Shown here: positions 27,371 to 41,136 of the stretch, one piece after another
Numbering within the stretch: the first letter of the stretch is position 1
Layout of the letters: the number at the start of each line of letters is the position of its first letter
Origin: Epiperipatus broadwayi
Lineage: Eukaryota; Animalia; Onychophora
DNA length: 64,000 nucleotides
NCBI GenBank assembly: GCA_028023455.1
Contig: JAQFVV010000006.1
Location: 18,352,001-18,416,000 of the forward strand
Reading direction: 5' to 3'
Position numbers and translations under genes: made by a program
The notes under the pieces: model-generated
The model's database searches: none
Seen by the model: the letters and a program-made list of their open reading frames with translations, nothing else
Told to the model about the DNA's origin: nothing

Positions 27371-27883
27371 AATACAATCTTAATGCACAAATCAGCGCAT
27401 AACAGCAGAGCTTCTTCAAATTAAATCACAATTTATTATAAACTTAATATAAATTATAATACATAATAAATAATGCCCGAGCGCTTTCAAGAGAACTTAG
27501 CTCTCATAATCATGGATAACAAAGAGTAAGCGTAACAAGGTTGCTATGTGTAAATATATGCAGATATATGTAAATTAATTGAACTATGCCATGGATGATA
27601 AGGCTATGAATAGGAAAGATGCGTGTTATAAAATTTCTAAGAAATGGGTTAATTAGATTTACGCATATAGTTCAATTAATTTACATATATCTGCATATAT
27701 TTACACATAGCAACCTTGTTACGCTTACTCTTTGTTACCCATGATTATGAAAGCTAAGTTCTCTTGAAAGTACTCAGGCATTATTTATTATGTATTATAA
27801 TTTATATTAAGTTTATAATAAATTGTGATTTAATTTGAAGAAGCTCTGCTGTTATGCGCTGATTTGTGCATTAAAATTGCATT
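27371..27883. mobile_element. Near-perfect fold-back (arms ~220 bp) of a PLE-like pLTR carrying variant HHR motifs
   Basis: 27371-27589 is the reverse complement of 27663-27883 with few mismatches. HHR-like motifs lie at 27476-27516 (-) and 27738-27778 (+). AATAAA lies downstream of each motif. Confidence 0.8.
27476..27516 (-). ncRNA. Hammerhead-like motif with A3:U8 core variant
   Basis: ATCC ATGATTA T GAGAG-ctaagtt-CTCTT GAAA GCGC TC^GGG. Stem II, GAAA, palindromic stem III (AGCGCT), UC site and stem I are all in HHR spacing. The core reads AUGAUUA. Confidence 0.6.
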
Positions 27884-29775
27884 TCCTTTAAGTATATTCT
27901 CACATGATAAAGTAAGTTTTAAATATATTTAATTAACTTGTGAGAAAGTTTTAAAATTGCATGGGTATTTATTGACTTATTTTTAAGTATATTAATTTCC
28001 ATTAATTTACTAAAATATTAATATAGATATGATAATAAAAGATAAACTAAATATAAGAAAAATAATAAGTGCGAGAGGTAGGCTGTCATTATTTATCTTC
28101 CTAAAGTGTTTAATTTACAATAAATAAAAAAATGCTAACTTTTCTACAGCAGTGAAAAAATATTTTTTTTACTGTCCTTTATTTATCTATTATCTAACTA
28201 TCCTATATATGTAGGCTATGAATTTTTGCTTTATGGAACTAAATTCAATTTAAATAATAAATCAATAAATATAAATGAGAGCATTATTTATATTTGAAAA
28301 CATCGATTTTACAATAATTTGAAAAAAGTCAACTTTTCTACAGTCCTTTATAGATTACTTGAAATAATAATAAAAATTATCAAATAGAATAAATTGTTTA
28401 CTTTTACAAATAATAGCAGTCTTCATAAGAAATTAATCTTTTAGTAAGTACTTTATAAATTATATACTTTAAACAGTATTAAAAATTATCCAATACAATA
28501 TTTTAAAGAATCCATAAAATATATTTTTATTATCATTTATATATACAATATAGGCTGATATCATACAATTTTTGTAGTGAAGAGCTAAAGTATGTTATTA
28601 TACAATACATGCAATCAAAGATGGCATTTCAGACAGCTTGGAAAGAGTTTCAATCACTTCTTTATTTGGACACATATATTACAATCACAGCCATTGTGAA
28701 TAATATTTGTTAATGAAGTTTATTAACCTAATTATATACAAACATGAAAATGAATAAATAGTTAGGCACATAAGGAAAACTAACTATTTTATAAATTTAC
28801 AATATTTTAACAGGGAACAGAGATTAATTCAATTTATCTTTCCTCTCTATATGTCAACATGATATTTATTATTAAATTAAAAATGCATGATTCTATTCAA
28901 GAGGAAGATATATATATAATATCAAATCACTTCTGTGAAATAAACATTTAGAGCCTGCATCTCAAAATGACTAATTGAAGCTGTTACCTCTTTGAACTGT
29001 AGGCTGCTTCAAAAGATATTAAATATTGAACACAGACTAATTCAAACAGAGAGTGTGAAATTACATAATGATCTTTAAACTGCTCCTAAACAAATATGTT
29101 TATTATACTTATATAAGGCAAACTAAATATTAATCGTTTTTAATCCTTGAAACACCCAACAACAGATATATATGAAAATATTTCCAGTGCATATCATTTC
29201 AAACATTGAGAAATTTTCAACTTGAATTAGTCCATGTTTTAAGATTTAATATGTTTTCAGCTATAATTCAAAGATGTATCTTTTTATATTAGTTGTTTTG
29301 AGATATGGACTGTAAACATTTATTTCACCGAAGATATAGATGAAAATTTCTCATTGTTGAGAAGATTTGATATTTATTTTAGATAGGATATGTATTGGAA
29401 ATATTTTCGTATGATGTATTACAAATAGAATGCCAGAAACTGTATTTCTTGAAACGTAATTACCGTAACTAAATGAATATTATATGCAATTATTCAAATT
29501 AGAAATGCATGATTCTGATCAATACAATAAATTTTAATAATAAAATATTGAAAGAAAAAAGGCATATTTAAATGTATAATCATTTTAAATATCATGCCTA
29601 GAACAGATTCTATGAAACTAATTATTTATAAATGATTATTTGTAATTAATCAACTTTGTTACGTTTTTGTCTTTTGACATGTCTTGGATATATATATACA
29701 TCAGAGTGTGTGAGAAATATACTTAACAAATTAATTATTCAATAATATAATTGATCATTATATTATTTATACTAT

Positions 29776-29800
29776 TAACGATGCCGTGGATACAGCTAGC
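29776..29800 (+). mobile_element. Possible decayed Helitron 3' terminus
   Basis: ACGATGCCGTGGATACAGCTAG resembles GC-rich ...CAGCTAG ends of arthropod non-autonomous Helitrons. The base after CTAG is C, not T, and no 5' end was found. Confidence 0.3.
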
Positions 29801-30084
29801 ATTGTATATTTAGAAAATAAGTTACCTCAGATGCAATAATAATTTATTGGGTATTGAAAGAAATATCATTGTAGTTCATTTTCATTGCCAAAAAAAATTG
29901 TTTTATTTAGTAAATTATTTAAAAAAGAATAATTTAATTAATGATAATTTTTTTACAATGCTTCAGTGAATTAGAAACATCATACAGGGTAAAATGAAAT
30001 TTACTGATACTTTTATGAGGAACAAATTTTATTATAAACATTAACTAACTTCCACCACCACCACCCCAGATCACCACCACAAAT

Positions 30085-31165
30085 CTTTAAGTAATTGAGT
30101 CTTGTTGATTCCTTCTGCTTTACAATTTTTCGTTTCAATTCAAGCTTTATTTTTTTTAGTTCATTAGGGTGCTTATCCTTATGTGTTTTGACCTTTGTTT
30201 CTTCTAGCTAATACAGAATTAAAGTTTATTATTTATTCTATACATATCCATTATATATATATTGGTTCATCCACCATTTTTACTAAAACTTTACTATCTG
30301 TATTTTCCATCATTATTCTATTTCTGTAACAAGTCTGAACTTTTTTTTTAATATTCCATACTTTAATTTATCAATGATCAATATATCATTCTTAGTTCAG
30401 TTTTTATTATTCTCAATTCTCTCACAACTAAATTGTGATGTAGATCTTACATTGCTTATCAACTTATTTTAATTTACCTTTTTATCCTGAATTTGCCTTA
30501 TATAAATTCTTCCCTTGTGATCAAATCTATTTTTTTGTTTTATCTATCTATAACTCTCTCATTCTGACTTCCAACTTATGATATCATGCTTTCTTTTTTT
30601 TATTATTTTAAAATTATATTCTCATTATTTATCATTTTGCAATTATTTTACTTTTCAATGACTTTTTATTTCTTTTTAGATTTCTTTATCATTGTGATTA
30701 CTGTTTGTCTTGTATATTTGTACTACAAATAGATGCTTTGGAAGTTGTTTTATTTTAATCATTAAGAATGTATCATTTACTGGAGTACTACTATAAAGTA
30801 CTCTTTTATTCTTGGGTCTAAAATAATTCATGCACTATTATATCTTGTTCTAATTTTGGAATAGAGGATTTTTACTTAGTAATTTCTTTTATCATAACCC
30901 ATCTATCTTTTCACACCAAAATATAGTGATATTTGGTCTTTATTTTTCACATTCCATTGGTAAATTTATAATCTTTTTGGACTTATTTATAATTCTTTTA
31001 TTTCATTATCATTTTTTTTCAATATTTTTTATATTTCTAATGACTTTAGATAGGTATTTATAACTAGATTGATATATTTATTGCTTAGAATCTGTATTTT
31101 CACTGAAATAAGTTTCCATTTGCTTTCATCATCCACTTTAACCATTATTTTAGATTCATTGGTAC
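30085..31165 (-). mobile_element. Very old non-LTR retrotransposon RT fragment
   Basis: Purine-rich on the minus strand like the other LINEs. Reads NESKIMVKV...INTYLKSL near 31050-31160, resembling the K.KIM...FKYLG region. Confidence 0.35.
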
Positions 31166-33123
31166 ATCAAAAATCCAATATTTTATTCATATATTATTTT
31201 AATATAACCTTTGCATTATAAACTTAAATTTTATTTAAACAAATTATGTTGCATAACACTGTGTTGGTATGAAGGATTATTTTAAGCATGTAAGTTGTGC
31301 ATTGTATGGAATTAGTATGTAATTGGACATTGAATATAGTTACATGATATATTTATTTAAATCAAAGAATGGTAATAAGAAAAAAATATGTAAACATGTA
31401 ATCAATTATGTTTTTAAAACTTAGAATGCTCAGGTAAGTCTAAAAATATAATTAAAATAAAATATTTTAGCATTCAGGTTAATAAAACAAATATCTCATC
31501 AAATCTATATGTTTAAGACAAATTTTATTAAAGCATAAATTTAAATAATGAGAGTATTTGAAATATTAAAAATTAATTTTTATTTACAAATAGTAATAAA
31601 GTTATTGAGATTAGCCATTTTCTGTGTGAAGTCAGTAAATTTTCAGTAGACTAATTTTTTAATAAAATCAAATATTATCAAACACAAATTAAATGTTAGC
31701 TTCACATTCTTATTATGAAACAAACAAAAAAAAAAAAAGTATAAAACTACATCTCTATTATAATGATGTTAACAGACACTTACATTGACCTATTCTCATT
31801 TGATATCTTACACTGACTTATTTCTTTTCATTTGGATTACTGATAGATCCTGACATTTAGACACCATAATTAAAATCTTAATCTTTTAAATGTTTTTCCA
31901 ATTATGAAAATCAGTTTTTCAAATAAATTTTTTTTACTTTAAATTTAATAAACAGGTTTCTTCTGGAGTTAAGCCCAAATGCAATATCAATGGGGCATAT
32001 AAAATAAAAATTATTAATATGTTAAAGCTTATTATCAGTAACTGATTAATTTATAAATAACGTCAATAATTTATGAAGTATTTAAAAAGAAATTCTTAAA
32101 AATTTTATTTAAAAAATAAAAAATTTAAGACTTTTTAAAAATAATTTTTTAAATATTTAATTTTTTTTATTATTTCATTTACAATATATTATAATTAAAA
32201 TGATATATTTAAAAAAATACACAACTTTTAGCTTTAACAAGCGCTTCCTGTTCCATATTTATTTCTTTAAAATTGATTTAAATGCTAAAGTTAATTATAA
32301 GTGTACAATTTATTAAAACTGCAAATTAATCTGTTTAAAATAACTATCACTAAAAAAAATTTTTTTACATACTTTGTGGGGGGGGGGGGGATTAAAACAA
32401 AAACTAATCATTTTACTTATGGTAAAATATAACATCATTTAAAAAGATCTAATTTAAAAATATATTTTTGAAAAAGTTTTTTTTAAAGATTTTTTTAATA
32501 TTAATTTTGATGGTTATTTTATTTAATACTTGGAATATTTGTTTTATATATTTTTATTTGATTAAAACTCTTCTATTTAAGTTAGAAACTCTGTTTTGTT
32601 GATTTGTTTATTTATTTGATAAATATTTTGAAATCCAGATTGAATATATTTATATTCAATGTAATTTGTTCAAATTATGTACATATGTTGTAATTCCTGG
32701 CAATACAATGTGACTAAAATACTTCAGGTCTGTTCTCTAGGTTCTTAAATCCAAAAGAGTGGGTGAATGAAATTTCAAACATGTTGATATCAAATTTCAA
32801 ATAATTTCATATTACTTCAATGTTTTCACTGATGCACTTCAGAGGACATTAAATATATATTTAAAAGTATTTTGACAATCTTTTAAGATTGAAATGAAAA
32901 CAAATCTTTATTATAAAATTAAAGTATAAATGAACTTTATTTAATATTTATGATTTTTCTTTCAATTTTAATGGTAAAAACTGAAAAATAATAGATATAT
33001 AAAATATTTTATAATAAATGCTTTATTTATTTACTTTGTATTAAAACACAAACATAATTGAGAATTTTTATTAGTCAGTCATTACACTAGAGATTATCCA
33101 TTTAGTGAATAATATTTTTATAG

Positions 33124-33229
33124 TTTAATTTCCATTATGCCACTCTCATGCAAGCTCCACACCTTTGTGGTAAAAGGGGATAGAAATTAGTCACTACTTG
33201 CATGAGAGTGGTGTAGTGAAAATTAAATT
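33124..33229. repeat. Short fold-back inverted repeat
   Basis: TTTAATTTCCATTATGCCACTCTCATGCAAG pairs with CTTGCATGAGAGTGGTGTAGTGAAAATTAAA around a ~45-bp spacer. Confidence 0.7.
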
Positions 33230-33436
33230 ACAGAAGTTACACAAAATAATTGTTCTCCATTCACAATTTGGTGTTTATATTTAACTTGAAGTGTGTGTAT
33301 GTGTGGGAAGTCCAGAACTTGATTACATCAAGCCCTATTTCTTTACAACAGTGATTAACTTAATTAATTTCTGGACCCCTCCCATCCTTTTATTTTAAGT
33401 TAAATATAAAAAGCCAGTTGTAGTTGAAGAAACAGT

Positions 33437-33622
33437 ATTTTTCCATTATCTAATATCAGTATTGAATGTCTTTAGAAAAATTTAACTTTATTTAAATATT
33501 CCAAATATATTCAACTGTTAGTAATATCACATCAAACTGGTTAGTTGAATGTATTTGGAATATTTAAATAAAGTTAAATTTTTCTAAAGACATTCAATAT
33601 GCATATTGGATGATGGAAATAG
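33437..33622. repeat. Fold-back inverted repeat (arms ~80 bp, inner ~56 bp nearly perfect)
   Basis: TATTGAATGTCTTTAGAAAAATTTAACTTTATTTAAATATTCCAAATATATTCAACT (~33460-33516) pairs with its reverse complement at ~33543-33599. Confidence 0.85.
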
Positions 33623-36600
33623 TCCAATATAAAAATACAACTGGAACATCATCATCACAAACCTGTATGTTTTTAGTCCAAAGTAAATGTTTATTATGGA
33701 TTTTTTTTATATCCATTATTTTAATGTGTTAAATATTTTTAAAAAGTGGTAGTACTGTTTTTTAATAAATGAGTGTATCTTTATTTTTACTATAATGTAT
33801 TTTATGCCTTTAATAAGGAAGTTTTATATAATAAAGTAAATTTTTGAATGCAACATTTTATTGAATGATATATGTATATAGAACATTGAGATGAGTACAA
33901 ATAGCAGAGAAGTACAATGATTCAAAAGTTAATACTGTGTTTAAAATTGTGTGGAATTATCCATTGAGCTGAAAAGACATACATTAATTATTCAAATGCT
34001 ACAGAAATCTTTGCATTTTAGAAAATTTTGAAGAACCTTTGTAGCTTTAAACTGAGTACTGTTTGCATGATTCATACATATTTCAATTTTAAAAACAATG
34101 AATCTGAGAAATATCAAAAGCATTTTAGAAGGTTAAATAATAAATTTTATTTATTTTAATGATGTAAGAATTCAATAAAGTTTATATTGTAGTTTAAAAT
34201 TGAGATAGGAAAGTAAATTGTATTAACAGGATGGCTGATCAAATGTTGTTGTTTCATTGTAATCTCTATCGCATCCTTAATTCTATTTTTAGATAGAGAA
34301 TTTAAGTCACAGCAAGCATATCCATAAATACCCACCATAGGCATTTTAGAAGAAATAATAACAATTAGATTATGTTTGTTTATTTCCTTAATCATTTCAC
34401 ATAATAAAACTTGTGCTTTTTTCTGAATAGGTAAAATATTTATCAGAGACCAGTTATTAGATTAAACTATGATCCAAATAAAAAGATTATAATTTTATTA
34501 AAAGAAAGAGTGATAAACATGGCTATGATTGAGAGAGGCACTATTGTGTACATCTACAAGCTCTTTTCAAAATTGCTCTTTGTGTATATTAAGTTTATAG
34601 TTAATTGATTGAGAGATCTTGTGATGCGTTAGCACCAAAGTTTTAGCTTAAGCACAACAGTTTCATTCAGTTAACCTGATTTTTATTCTATTTTCTAAGT
34701 ATTTTAACATATGAGATGAAAATTAATCCATTAAATCAATCAATATCTATTCTGCATTGCAATTGTTTTCACAAAAACTTAGTGATAGCAAGAGTTCAAA
34801 TTTTATTTTAGTTTTAAATCTCTATTCTATAATAGAATTTAATAAATTTGATTTATTTGATTAGAAATCCATATTTATAAATGGAAAAGCAGATTTGAAT
34901 CTTTCAAATATTAAAAAAATAAATAATAACATGAATTTCCTAATGATAATGCCCTTTTTTATTATTTCCTATTGCTAAAATCAAGAGCAAAGTAAATTAA
35001 TAAAATCTATATTATTTGAAGTTTGATCTTAAAGTCTGAACAAATAATCACAAATGCACCAAATACTGTTCTAAAATTTAAAAAAAAATAGCCATCACCA
35101 AAGATTGATGTGGCTACATTTTGATAACTCCCAACTATACATTTACCATCATGATTTCATTTAGCATATCAAAACATTTGTTTCTTGTAAATTTTTAGAA
35201 AAAAAAAAGGTATTTCAAAATATTGTAAATGTAAACATGAAAAGATTTTTTTATTATTGATTACTGTAAAAATATTTTGTAAAATTAATTGTAAATATTT
35301 AAATAAAGTCCAGAAAACTTCTGTTTTTATGTGTTTTAATCAGAACAATAAGGAGGGCATTTTCAAATTTGTTTGTACTTTTAAGATCAAAAATGGATCA
35401 ATTAGTTAATGATTAATTGCTGTGTTTGCTATTGACTTCTTCAGATTTTTTTTAAAAGAAAAGACTTTGTATTTACATTAATTTACATTTTTACTGACAA
35501 ATTGTATTTAATGGGGGAAAATAGTGTTAAAAATGGCTGGAAAAGAATGGATTAAAACTGTGTTTATTGCCACCACTGTACACAGTCAAAATCGTGTTTT
35601 TTTTTGAGCTTAGTATTAGATAGAGAATCTGTTATACATGTAGATCTTATTTAAATACGCAGTCAGCAAATGAATATATTATGAAATGTTCGTAAGACAA
35701 TTCTTAAAGAGGAAAAAGGTAACAAAATTGCTCGTCATTTCAAAATTGCAAAACTGAAAAAAAAAATTACAGCATCTTTGATTTTAACTTCAGAATGGCA
35801 TTTCACTAGTAGAGCATAATGTAAGGAAGTTGAATGGAAAAAGTAGTGCTGGAATGCTATAACTTAATGATTTGTTATCAAATCAGAATAATACGGTTCA
35901 TAATATGTCAGATAACAGAAAAAATGTTCAAGTTTCATTTGTTTTTGGTTTTTTAAATTTCCATGGGGGGGGGGAGTATGGCAACAGTTCTGAGGTTGAC
36001 GTATTACATAAATTATTCAACATCAGTTTTTTTCCCTGGATAGAAATTTTGTTACTTGTTATCAGTTTATTAATATCATTCGAATTAGTCAAAGACTTTT
36101 GTTTAGAATTATAAACATAACGGGAAAAAAGCTTCATTTTTTTTAATTGTTGTGTATATATAAGATTTGATAAAATTGTGTTCAGAATGAATCTAAGTAG
36201 AAGGAGAATAATAAAAGTCTTTACTTAATGAAAAGTGAAAGCTTTTTATTTTTTTAAAATTCCTTTGAGTTTTTCATTTGTTTATTTATTTTGAAATGAT
36301 ACAAAAGATAAATATATCTATATTGATTACAAAAAAAAATAAAATGAAAACATCTTTTTTTTTTTTTTATATATCAACTTGGGAGTCAAGTTGCTGACCT
36401 AGAAAACCTGTAAATATAATAAATGTATTCTTTTTCAGATGCGATATTCTTGCGCTAAAATCTATAAAAGCCTAAATCTTTTTGAAACTAAAAGGTGTGT
36501 GTGTGTGCAAGCTCACACATTTTTTTATTATATACAGTATATGTAATCACCATTCTCACCCTGTTCTCATACCATTGCATATGGTCTCGCCAAATGTTTT

Positions 36601-37344
36601 ATAAATATGCAATTCATACTTTTTGCTTCTTAATCATATAGTGAATATTTTATTATTATAAATGTCATGAAAAATCCAAATCAAAGTTTTTGTTTCGGTT
36701 ACTTTCTTTTCTTGCCAAGTCCCGTATCATTTACTTCACATTGATGGATTGCAAATTAGCTTTATAATTTTGGATGCTCCAATTTCTTATGAATTCCTAA
36801 GCAATAAATTATTTGATTATTATTTTGCTAAATAAATTATTTCCTATTTTATTTGATAATAATATCATACACTTGGTAATTCATCTACTGCAGCTTATTT
36901 TTTATTTACATCAAGTTATAGATTTGAATTTTTTGTATTGTAAGTACAAAATTTTATACTAGTCGATCAGATTTAAAATATAATAATTGGATGGTATTCT
37001 TCTGCTATTTATGTCCATTGTTATGTCCATTTTGTATATTTCTCTGGAAAGCTTAATGAAATCATATTTTTTTTACCATATATGTGAACAGTAAATGTCG
37101 TTGCTTTTGCATATATAATCATTATTTCCACATTTGTATCTACTAATGATAAGTTAAGCAGATCACTTTTAAAAAAACTCTCTCAAATTCATCTTTCTGC
37201 CACTGAGCTAAATTGCACTTTAGAAATAATTTTTAATTCTTATACTGAATGGTGATGCTAAGCACCAGCTTATCCATTAAGATTTTTTTTCAAGAATTTT
37301 GCATTTTTTAATTTTTAAACAGTACAAATATGGAAATATTTACA

Positions 37345-37537
37345 ATTTATCCAAACTACTTTGAACACTTTTTAGTAAAACCCTTTATTTGTACATATAT
37401 ACATACATCTACATTTCGCCTGTCCTGCAGTCTTCCTCAGCCAAGACTGCCGGACAGTCAAAATGTAGGTGTATGTAATATATATGTACAAATAATGGGT
37501 TTTGTTAAAAAGTGTTTGAAGTGGTTTGGATAAATTA
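37345..37537. mobile_element. PLE-like fold-back with HHR motif at the hairpin apex
   Basis: Arms of ~90 bp. Minus strand 37405-37442 reads GG CTGAGGA A GACTG-cagga-CAGGC GAAA TG TA^GAT. The plus arm keeps only GACTGCCGGACAGTC-AAAA-TGTAG, with the CUGA core truncated. Confidence 0.8.
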
Positions 37538-38149
37538 TATTTATATAAGACATTACATCAAAATAAAGAAAAGAGTGATTTTGGTAATATATAAATATTT
37601 GTCAAATATTTTTCAAAATTGAAATAATTTTAAAAGACGTGCATAAGAAATAGTTTTAATATTTAAAAATAATCTTCTCAAAACCTTCATAAAAAAGATA
37701 GATTATATATGTTGGGTTTTTTCTGCTGAAATGTATTCAGTCAAGCTAAAGGAAAGTTGTTTTTTAGATTTAAATAAAAATACAAATCGTAAACCAAATA
37801 AACAAAATGTATTTTCAATTTTATGAAGAATATTAAGTGTGATGAAGAAATAATAAATATTTAAAATATATTATTTTTTTGCTCATTTAAAAATTTGTAT
37901 ATTTATTATCAATATGCTTTTATTTTATAATTTAAATATCAATCCCTAAATCTATTGATATGTCCAAAATATCTGAAGAATTTTTTTTAAGCATAAACAT
38001 TTTTAATAGTGTTTTCACAAATATGCACTAATCAATGATAATTATTAAAATCCAAAAATATCATATGATGCCAGCATTGACAATACTTTTTGAGAGCAAA
38101 CTTTTTTTATTTGCTATCTGTTGTAAACTGGAGTTATTAATAGATACTA

Positions 38150-39720
38150 AATGATAGTTATTATTAACTCCTATTCAATTCTAGGAGACTTGAATCATTA
38201 TCTAGTACAGTACCTGGATTTCTATTTTATCTTCAGTGCAGTTACTGCAGAAATCCTCTTTCACCAAAATAAGACCTAGGGAAAAAGTAAAAGTATATGA
38301 AACATTCTTTCTTTCAATGCAGAAAATTGATCATTCAGTCTGGCCCAAAATTCAAACAATTGCTTATTATTGAATTGCTTTTTAGTTTTATCACTTGTTG
38401 TGAAGTCTATAAATAATTTTTGGTTTGTAATTGAGACTTCTTCATGAGTATTTTGAAATAGATCTCTAACCACTAGTTAAATGATTTTCAATGGTTGTAA
38501 ATAAAGTTTAATGTGTTCCTCATCAACTGTATAAGTATTAAGAGATTCATTCACATTTGTAAGTTGTTTTGCTTTATGTTTGTGTTCCATAATTTCAGTT
38601 TTCTGTAAAAGGCATTTATTTTGATACTCATGTTCAGTACATGTTTATTTGTTCCTTGGATTTCACAAATATATTTACCAATAAGCTTAAGAAGCTTAAT
38701 AAGTGATCTCAAAATAGCTCTGCTACTTACTGATTTTCCTCTTCCATTGTGATTTTTTATCTCTTAATTCATAAACACCTAAAAATTTGCATGTGATAAG
38801 TATCTCATTTCACAATCAGAAAAGGAGTGCAGAATGTTCTGTGTCCATGTGTTTGTAAAATGCAGTCAAAGTAAGACCTCGTTTTTATACAATTAATGAT
38901 AGTTACAACCACAATGCAGGACTCATTTCTTTGGAAATAAGGGTTTCTTTGTGAATCATGTAATGTGTCTAGATACACTGAGGAGATTTTTACCTTACAA
39001 ATATTTGAATGCTCTAAAATCTTTAGCACATTGTTTGAATACTATCAGTGCATATTCCAACAAAGTTCACTCATTATATATTTGCCAAATTATCCAATAT
39101 ATTGAATATTTCAAGTGCTGTAGCTCTGTTTTTTTATGAATTTACAAAATAACAATTTATCAACTGTTGATATTCTATCACAAAATTGAACATAAATAAT
39201 TGAATGAAATTTCTTGTTACTATCAGTTATCTCATCAAGGTAAATTGAAAAAAAATTATTACACAGTTTGGATAAAAGTTATTCTATATTCTTAGATATA
39301 TCATCAATTTGACAAGTAACAGTTGGCAAAATTATCTCCAAGCATAATTTCTACAATTTGAGTTGCAGCTAGCAGAATGAATTCTTTCCCAATGGTGTGT
39401 GGCTTTCTGCATGTGCCTATTTGATATGCAACTCTGTAGGAAGCTAGAAGAGCTTTTTCATTAATATATAGCAGCAAAAGTCTTTGGAGGTTATATTAAT
39501 GTTTTTGCTATAAACTGTTTCCAAATGTTGTTTAAACTCTTTTGGGTTTTTATGCTGGACACTGCCAGAATATTCTTACAAATAACACTAACAGGTCTCT
39601 TGTCATTGTTTATTTAAGGTCTCCTAAATTCAGAATTTAAATATTCATCAGAATATTTTTTTGACTTAACTTTTGGAATGACATTCTTTTGTGCACTTGT
39701 TGATATTTCACAATCATCTG
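38150..39720 (-). mobile_element. Degraded hAT (Buster/Charlie, ZBED5/SCAND3-like) transposase
   Basis: Motifs in order: KYSDEYL, KFKQHLET, ASYRVAYQIGTCRKPHTIGKEFIL, LDEITD, VGICTDSIQTM, HYMIHKETLISKEMSP, FEFWARLNDQFSAL and GERGFSAV. TIRs not identified. Confidence 0.88.
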
Positions 39721-39789
39721 ATGTTCATTTGCACCCAATTAAAAATTTATCCATGATTTTATGCTCAAAAATTATTCATTTTTACAGTG

Positions 39790-40330
39790 TGATTCAAGTT
39801 ATTATGCCTATCTATTATTCAAGTCAAATATGCCTGATGTCAGTCCTACAGAATAGCTAAATGCAACATATTTATAGTGCATCTCTAGAATGTTTGCAAC
39901 AGATCGGAACTTCTCATGAAAATGTGAGAAATATGATGGGGTGCACCAGTGTTGCAAAATGTGGCATGGGGCAATTTTGCTACTCATGTGGAATTTTAGC
40001 TTTGTTACCATGTATCAACAGCAAAATAAAGAAACATTTAAAAAAATATTAGGCTCAAAAAATCATTGGAAGGGGGATGGGATTAATGCTGATACAGAAA
40101 GGTGGGTTCCAAATACTAAAAAGTTAACATCCACTGATTTTTTTTTTTAAACTTTATTTTGCTGAGAATTGATCTTCAATAACTACACTTGAATCCATCA
40201 TTTCAATATTGTGCTAAATCACACAAAATATCCAACTCTATAGTTCTTTACTTTTAAAAAGAAAGCTAAAGTTATCAGTGTTGTTTTGTCTGCACTATTA
40301 TCTCATTAGTAAGAAAGTGTAATTAAAATG
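39790..40330 (+). mobile_element. Possible degraded Tc1/mariner transposase catalytic-domain fragment
   Basis: Frameshifted pieces VAWGNF (V.WG motif) and NFI...EN*SS...HLNPSFSIL (like W..SPDLNP.D.SIW) are at plausible spacing. Heavily decayed. Confidence 0.35.
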
Positions 40331-40719
40331 TTATTTATATAGTAAATATAAAGAAGGCCAGAAGTAAAGTCTCAAACATATGATTTTAAGATATTTGCAA
40401 ATGAATGAAATTTTTGAAGATATATATATTATTCAATAAATGTATTGAATATTACTTCCTTATAGTTTAAGCAGTAGTAGAGAAATGATTTCTAGAGTGC
40501 AAAGGTCGATGGATTGTGGCTCAATTCAGCTATTTCTGAGGCTTGAACTTTATGTGAATTAGCATGCAGTAAATTAACTTAAAAGTATTATTTACTACTA
40601 ATTAATGATAAAGAATTGTTTAAGATTTTGTAAAATTATTTCTAATGATATTAATTTTTCATATCTATTGGAAAAATATTTATCAATTTATCATTTACAC
40701 ATACATTCATTCTGTCTTA

Positions 40720-41136
40720 TCAGGCAACTGAGAAGAAAGACCATGGTGTTTCTTGATCTTAAACTCAGAGGTAAAAAGCCAATAAAAGAAATATGGAGAA
40801 ATGCATGTTGGGAATAACAAGAAAAGATCGAAAACGCAATATATGGGTAAGAGAACAAATAGGTGTTACTGACCTCAGTGAAAAAATTAAGACTGAAGTG
40901 GAGTTGGGCTGGACATATTGCTAGGAGAGATGATAATAGATTGACAATTGAAATCTTAAACTGGATTACAAAAGATTGTAAAAGACCCAGAAAGAGACAA
41001 CATGTGAGATGGTTGGATGAAATCAGAAAGTATTTAGGGGTGATGTGGAGAAGAGAAGCTAAACATCGGAGAAGATGGATTAAACTTGGAGAGACCTTAA
41101 TCCTGCAATGGATTATTAATGGTTGATGATGATGAT
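40720..41136 (+). mobile_element. RTE LINE 3' fragment
   Basis: Reads LKWSWAGHIARRDDNRLTIEILNWITKDCKRPRKRQHVRWLDEIRK...WIKLGETLILQW, followed by a (TGA)n tail. Same family as 24622-26915. Confidence 0.9.
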
